Below, in pieces: positions 60,108 through 64,000 of a stretch of DNA of 64,000 nt (positions are counted from its first letter, which is position 1; the number at the start of each line of letters is the position of its first letter). Made by a program: the position numbers and the translations under genes. A model generated the notes under the pieces. It did not search any database. It was not told where the DNA came from and saw only the letters and a list, made by a program, of their open reading frames with translations. The stretch covers positions 704,001 to 768,000 of the forward strand of contig CAVUZH010000013.1 of the NCBI GenBank assembly GCA_963745835.1, in the 5' to 3' direction. Source of the DNA: an uncultured delta proteobacterium. GTDB taxonomy: Bacteria; Desulfobacterota; Binatia; UBA9968.

Positions 60108-60422
60108 CCCTTACCACCCATACGGAACACCGATAAAGCCGCATCAGCGGAAAGGCCTCAGTTTGTGGAGTCGAAGTATGCGCGAACCGTGCAGCAGCTA
60201 CAGAAGGGCAGGGCAACTGTCCAGCTCTGACGCGGAAACCAAATCACAATCAAGTTGACACAATGCTGTCGTATCAGATACCTTCCGACGAAAATACTGA
60301 TCAGACGCTGGTCGTTGTTGGTGCACCGCGAATGTCGGCTGCAAAGGCCGGTCTGGTGGTCTGAGGGGTGTTAATGAGAGCAATTTCTTACCACTGCCTG
60401 CATAAGTCACGAGGCATTCGCA

Positions 60423-61982
60423 ATGGTTGTTGAATCTGGCGGTTCCGGACGTGCCGGCTCGTTGAAAGAGCAGGCGTGGGTCCGAGCATCTTTTGGCCCA
60501 CAATTACCCCCGATTCTTGACCTCAATCACGCGAAGCTCGACCAACTCGCGGCTCACCCGTTTATAGGTCGCCCTCTTGCAGCGAAGCTGATCAAGCACC
60601 GAAGATCGAGCCGCATTTTCACTCCTCACGATCTTTTCCACGCAGGCTTGATAGATAGAGGCCAGTTACGAAATCTCGAAAGCTTCGCGTTCGGCGCGAC
60701 TCGACTGCGTCCTATGCTCGAGAGCATCCAAATTGCCGGGCCGCGTCTATATGTCAACGAGGAGTTCGCGCTCCGGTTCTCATGGCTCAAATCGATGGTT
60801 GCTTTGCCAGAAATTCTGTCCATTGCCGTGCGCTTCCCCTCCGGGCGTGCCTCGGAAATCCACATCCGGCTATCGCAGAGAGAAGCGGAATCGGGCGAGC
60901 TTGTGGTCCCCGGTTTTATCTCTGGGGAGTCCGGCGAGTTCTATGTCCTCGCCACTCTACGGGATTCGGCGGGCGCAGTATCGCGCCAAAGTGCGATCTT
61001 TTCCGTCTTCACGCATAACCCTGTTCAGATTTTCGTCACTCCACAATATTCGACTCAGTCTGACAGCGCAGGGGCGCCCAAGTACAACTTCGCTGAAAAC
61101 CGCTGGTACTGTTACGCCGACGTTCGGTGGGTGAATGGTGAATCGCGCAGCGTCAATCTCGGACGCACCGTGGATGTTCTAGCCACCGACGCCGGAACCG
61201 GTACAGTCGCGAATTTCAATTTCAGTCTCAGTGGCGACATCGTCATACCGGCGTTCTCCACGGTTTATGGAAACTGGTACACTTATCACGCCAGCGGCGG
61301 CATTTTCGACGAGTTCAACGCCAAAGGTGATTTAACCTTCCGCTATTCCATGAACGGCTCTGGCTTCAACCCAAGTCGTACTCAGGTCTGGCGCGTCATG
61401 CGGACGATTGGCTACAACATTATTCGCGTCGGCGACTTCACCGCGACGGAACGCAGCGAATACCAAAGAGCAGCTGCACAGGTCGCGTCCGGAATTTTTC
61501 AGTCCCGGGACATGACCGTTTACGGCACCGAACTGTATCGCATCGAAGGTACGCCGGACATGGATGCCGACAAAACGCGCTGGCGTTTCATTGACGATGA
61601 CGGCGAATTTGATGCGATGGCTAATAAGTATTCCGTATCCAACTGGTACATGGACGTCTTTATGGTTGAAGGCTATTGGGGCGGTTTCGGTGCGTCTTAT
61701 GTCAACGCTCCCACCGATAAAAACGGAACTCACAGCGGCATCGTCATCCGGCGAGACGGCGACACTGTGAATCTGGGACAGACCTTCGCGCATGAAGGAG
61801 GGCACCATCTCGGTCTTGAGCATGCTGACGAAGATGATGGGTGTGCAGACACCGATCCTTCATCGCCCAACATTTCCGATAACTTCATTTTTTCTTCCTC
61901 TCGTCGTGACAGCGCCATCATCACCGGCTGCCAGATCAACAAAATGAGACAACACGGATTCGTGCGATCTATGACGCCGTAA
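60423..61982 (+). CDS. HhH (ComEA-like) domain + beta-rich middle + metzincin-like zinc metalloprotease
   Basis: LDLNHAKLDQLAAHPFIGRPLAAKLIKHR; AHEGGHHLGLEH; no signal peptide evident. Confidence 0.8.
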   Translation: MVVESGGSGRAGSLKEQAWVRASFGPQLPPILDLNHAKLDQLAAHPFIGRPLAAKLIKHRRSSRIFTPHDLFHAGLIDRGQLRNLESFAFGATRLRPMLESIQIAGPRLYVNEEFALRFSWLKSMVALPEILSIAVRFPSGRASEIHIRLSQREAESGELVVPGFISGESGEFYVLATLRDSAGAVSRQSAIFSVFTHNPVQIFVTPQYSTQSDSAGAPKYNFAENRWYCYADVRWVNGESRSVNLGRTVDVLATDAGTGTVANFNFSLSGDIVIPAFSTVYGNWYTYHASGGIFDEFNAKGDLTFRYSMNGSGFNPSRTQVWRVMRTIGYNIIRVGDFTATERSEYQRAAAQVASGIFQSRDMTVYGTELYRIEGTPDMDADKTRWRFIDDDGEFDAMANKYSVSNWYMDVFMVEGYWGGFGASYVNAPTDKNGTHSGIVIRRDGDTVNLGQTFAHEGGHHLGLEHADEDDGCADTDPSSPNISDNFIFSSSRRDSAIITGCQINKMRQHGFVRSMTP

Positions 61983-61996
61983 TAGGGGAAACGACC

Positions 61997-62731
61997 ATGG
62001 CCCGAAAACAAATCTCGAAAGGGCGTGTGCCCGCGAAATATCCGTCAGTCCCAGATAGCGAGTCCAAACCCGGCAATTACAATGAGCCTGCGCCACCCGC
62101 GGCGGCAGATAGTATTCCGTCCCCTCACTTCAACCTTCTCCCTACCGAGTCTAAGGCCGACCTCCGGATTCGCATCGAGCAGCTCCTACTCCGGCGCGAT
62201 TCGATCGGGGCGGACGACTGGGTCGCGCTTGGGGATCCGGGTCGTGCGTTTCTTGTCGAACTGCTCGACGATCAGGCCATGCGATCGCACGAGGCGCTTT
62301 TCCACCGACTGATAGCGGTGCTGGGCCAACTTTCCGTTAAGCGCAGTGTGGCTCCCCTGGCTGCTCTGCTGGCGGCGTCATCTGAAACCGGCCTCACCAA
62401 AGCGTATGCCGCCACCGCGCTCGGCCACATCGGCGGGCCAAGTGCGCTGGAAGCCCTTGCCGGCGCGCTCACCGCGAAAGACGACATGGTGCGGCGGCAG
62501 GTGGCCAAAGCACTCGGCAACATGGATCGCGTGGCCGTCATTCCGCATCTTCGGAAATTGCAACAGGACAAGTCCGTCGCAGTATCGGAAGTCGCTGCAG
62601 AAGCCCTCGCGCGCTGGGAAAAGAAACTCAATCAACGTGTTGGAGCGACTAAAAAAGCGCCTACTCGTAAAGCTTCCCGCAAGAAAGTCATGCCGGCTGT
62701 TGAACGTGGCAGCTCGCGGCGACGAGGTTAA
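61997..62731 (+). CDS. HEAT-repeat (PBS lyase-like) protein
   Basis: AATALGHIG, VRRQVAKALG, VSEVAAEAL; GGGG RBS 14 nt after the protease stop. Confidence 0.85.
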   Translation: MARKQISKGRVPAKYPSVPDSESKPGNYNEPAPPAAADSIPSPHFNLLPTESKADLRIRIEQLLLRRDSIGADDWVALGDPGRAFLVELLDDQAMRSHEALFHRLIAVLGQLSVKRSVAPLAALLAASSETGLTKAYAATALGHIGGPSALEALAGALTAKDDMVRRQVAKALGNMDRVAVIPHLRKLQQDKSVAVSEVAAEALARWEKKLNQRVGATKKAPTRKASRKKVMPAVERGSSRRRG

Positions 62732-62945
62732 CGCTGAAACCGCGACTGTTTTCATTGCTCTCAACTCGTTTTTCATCGTATCGGGTGAAAGCCTAGACTG
62801 GAAGGTTGGATGGCGGAAGGCCACGGCATGTCTCGTAGCTTCAGGACCTTCGTCGCAGAACACAGCATTTTGAGCCTTAGCCCCTCATTGTCCGGCGCAA
62901 CCAGGCCTTCCGTAAGTGAGATAAGCCCGGGTTTGAGGGACACCT

Positions 62946-63230
62946 AAAGATGCCGACGGCGAGGTGCTCCACAGCTTTACGATCATAACCACCGTGCCTA
63001 ATGCCCTGCTGCGACGTATTCACAGCCGTATGCCTGTGATCTTGATGCGCTGCAGGCACAGCAATGGCTAGATCCTAGACTCAGTACCCGGCCTGCGGAT
63101 ATCGCCGCCGTGCTTGCCCCATTCCCATCTGAACAGATGCAAGCCCATGACGTATCCCCGCTCGTCAATAAGCCAGAATATGACAGGGCGGACTGCCATA
63201 CCCCTGTTGCGGACCGACAGTTCCGGCTAG
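62946..63230 (+). pseudogene. SOS response-associated peptidase (SRAP/YedK) C-terminal remnant
   Basis: DGEVLHSFTIITTVPNALLRRIHSRMPVIL / QWLDP / MQAHDVSPLVNKPEYD; N-terminal half absent. Confidence 0.8.
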
Positions 63231-63311
63231 TCTAACAGGTGTGCGCGGAAGTCTGAAGGATGATCCTTCTAGCGGTGCAGAGTGAAAGTTAGTAGTCGCA
63301 CCCGACGCGTT

Positions 63312-63686
63312 TCAGAGTTCCGATTGCCCTCCGTTACTAAGCACCTTCTGAATCTTCGATAATAGCTGGTCTAACGAAAGTGGCTTACTGAGGCATGGCA
63401 CGCCGAGTTTTTGAATAGCTTCCAGATACTCAGACATATTGGCGGTAATTAGGAAAACAGGAGTAACTGGTAATGTGGAGAGAATATGCTTCGCAAGAGC
63501 TACACCGTCCATTCGAGGCATCTTAATGTCTGAAAGCACAAGGTCGAATCGGCACTGCCCCAAAAGTCCCATAGCCTCCACACCGTCTTTTGCCCCTGCC
63601 GTTTCATAGCCTTCGCGGTTTAAAAAGTACCGTAAGATTCTTAGACTCGCAGGCTCATCTTCTACAACCAAAATCTTCTGACTCAT
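63312..63686 (-). CDS. Single-domain response regulator
   Basis: KILVVEDE, SDIKMPRMDG, ITA, KP. Confidence 0.92.
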   Translation of the reverse strand: MSQKILVVEDEPASLRILRYFLNREGYETAGAKDGVEAMGLLGQCRFDLVLSDIKMPRMDGVALAKHILSTLPVTPVFLITANMSEYLEAIQKLGVPCLSKPLSLDQLLSKIQKVLSNGGQSEL

Positions 63687-64000
63687 TTCGGCTCGCCCAA
63701 ACAACGAGCATGACGTATGGCACCAAGCAACATCTTACAAAAGGACAATGGCAAGACTGCCGCTTAGCCGGGGTAATTACCTGTTTTTCTATGGCAAAGT
63801 CAACTATTATTAATTAAACTAATTGGTTGTTATTGTCATTTCTTGGCATTTCATGGTAGTTCTCTCCGCGTGTCGCTTCAACAAGTCGAGATCATTCTGG
63901 AAAGGGGCGAGGCACAATGTTTATTAGACCACGCAGCCAAGACTTCCATTGCATGGGCCACACTGAAAGCAACTATAAAACCATGGATCGTTAGCGGTAT

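Larger units (their letters stand above)
50446..63704. mobile_element. Decayed integrative element/genomic island at tRNA-Glu (right end not located)
   Basis: Integrase, HTH, Xis and ATPase genes directly after the tRNA 3' end, followed by an IS and short accessory ORFs; no att repeat seen in window. Confidence 0.65.

Overview
64 kb of a GC-rich bacterial chromosome. The gene content (many orphan NMT1/SsuA-type binding proteins, UbiD, Rieske and ComDE paralogs, sigma54 signalling) is suggestive of Candidatus Binatia/Deltaproteobacteria; this is inference. Left to right: (1) 1-3.3 kb, type I R-M genes hsdR and the 5' part of hsdM, with a repeat-flanked GxxExxY gene between them. (2) 3.4-6.4 kb, two single-gene cassettes delimited by three copies of an unannotated element ending in a 32-bp palindrome. 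(3) 6.5-31.4 kb, an all-minus-strand catabolic cluster: 4 alpha + 3 beta split ThDP decarboxylase subunits, a heme-oxygenase-like diiron protein, an orphan Mo-hydroxylase subunit, a duplicated Rieske-SBP-SDR-UbiD module, an aldolase and about 8 binding proteins with no permeases, headed by a broken LysR gene. (4) tRNA-Val, pyrE, an amidohydrolase and pyrR. (5) 36.5-46.9 kb, a signalling operon joining a lone ketosynthase, a 7TM kinase, a chimeric pseudo-REC/pseudo-AAA/HisKA protein, a sigma54 activator and a hybrid kinase, divergent from fadL. (6) glnS/gltX, tRNA-Gln and tRNA-Glu. (7) From 50.4 kb, a decayed integrative element at tRNA-Glu with an IS1202-family IS (16-bp target duplication), small ORFs, an HhH-metalloprotease plus HEAT-repeat gene pair and an SRAP remnant. 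Several single-base frameshifts may be sequencing errors. No CRISPR array or rRNA was seen. All calls come from motif recognition by eye; no searches were run.
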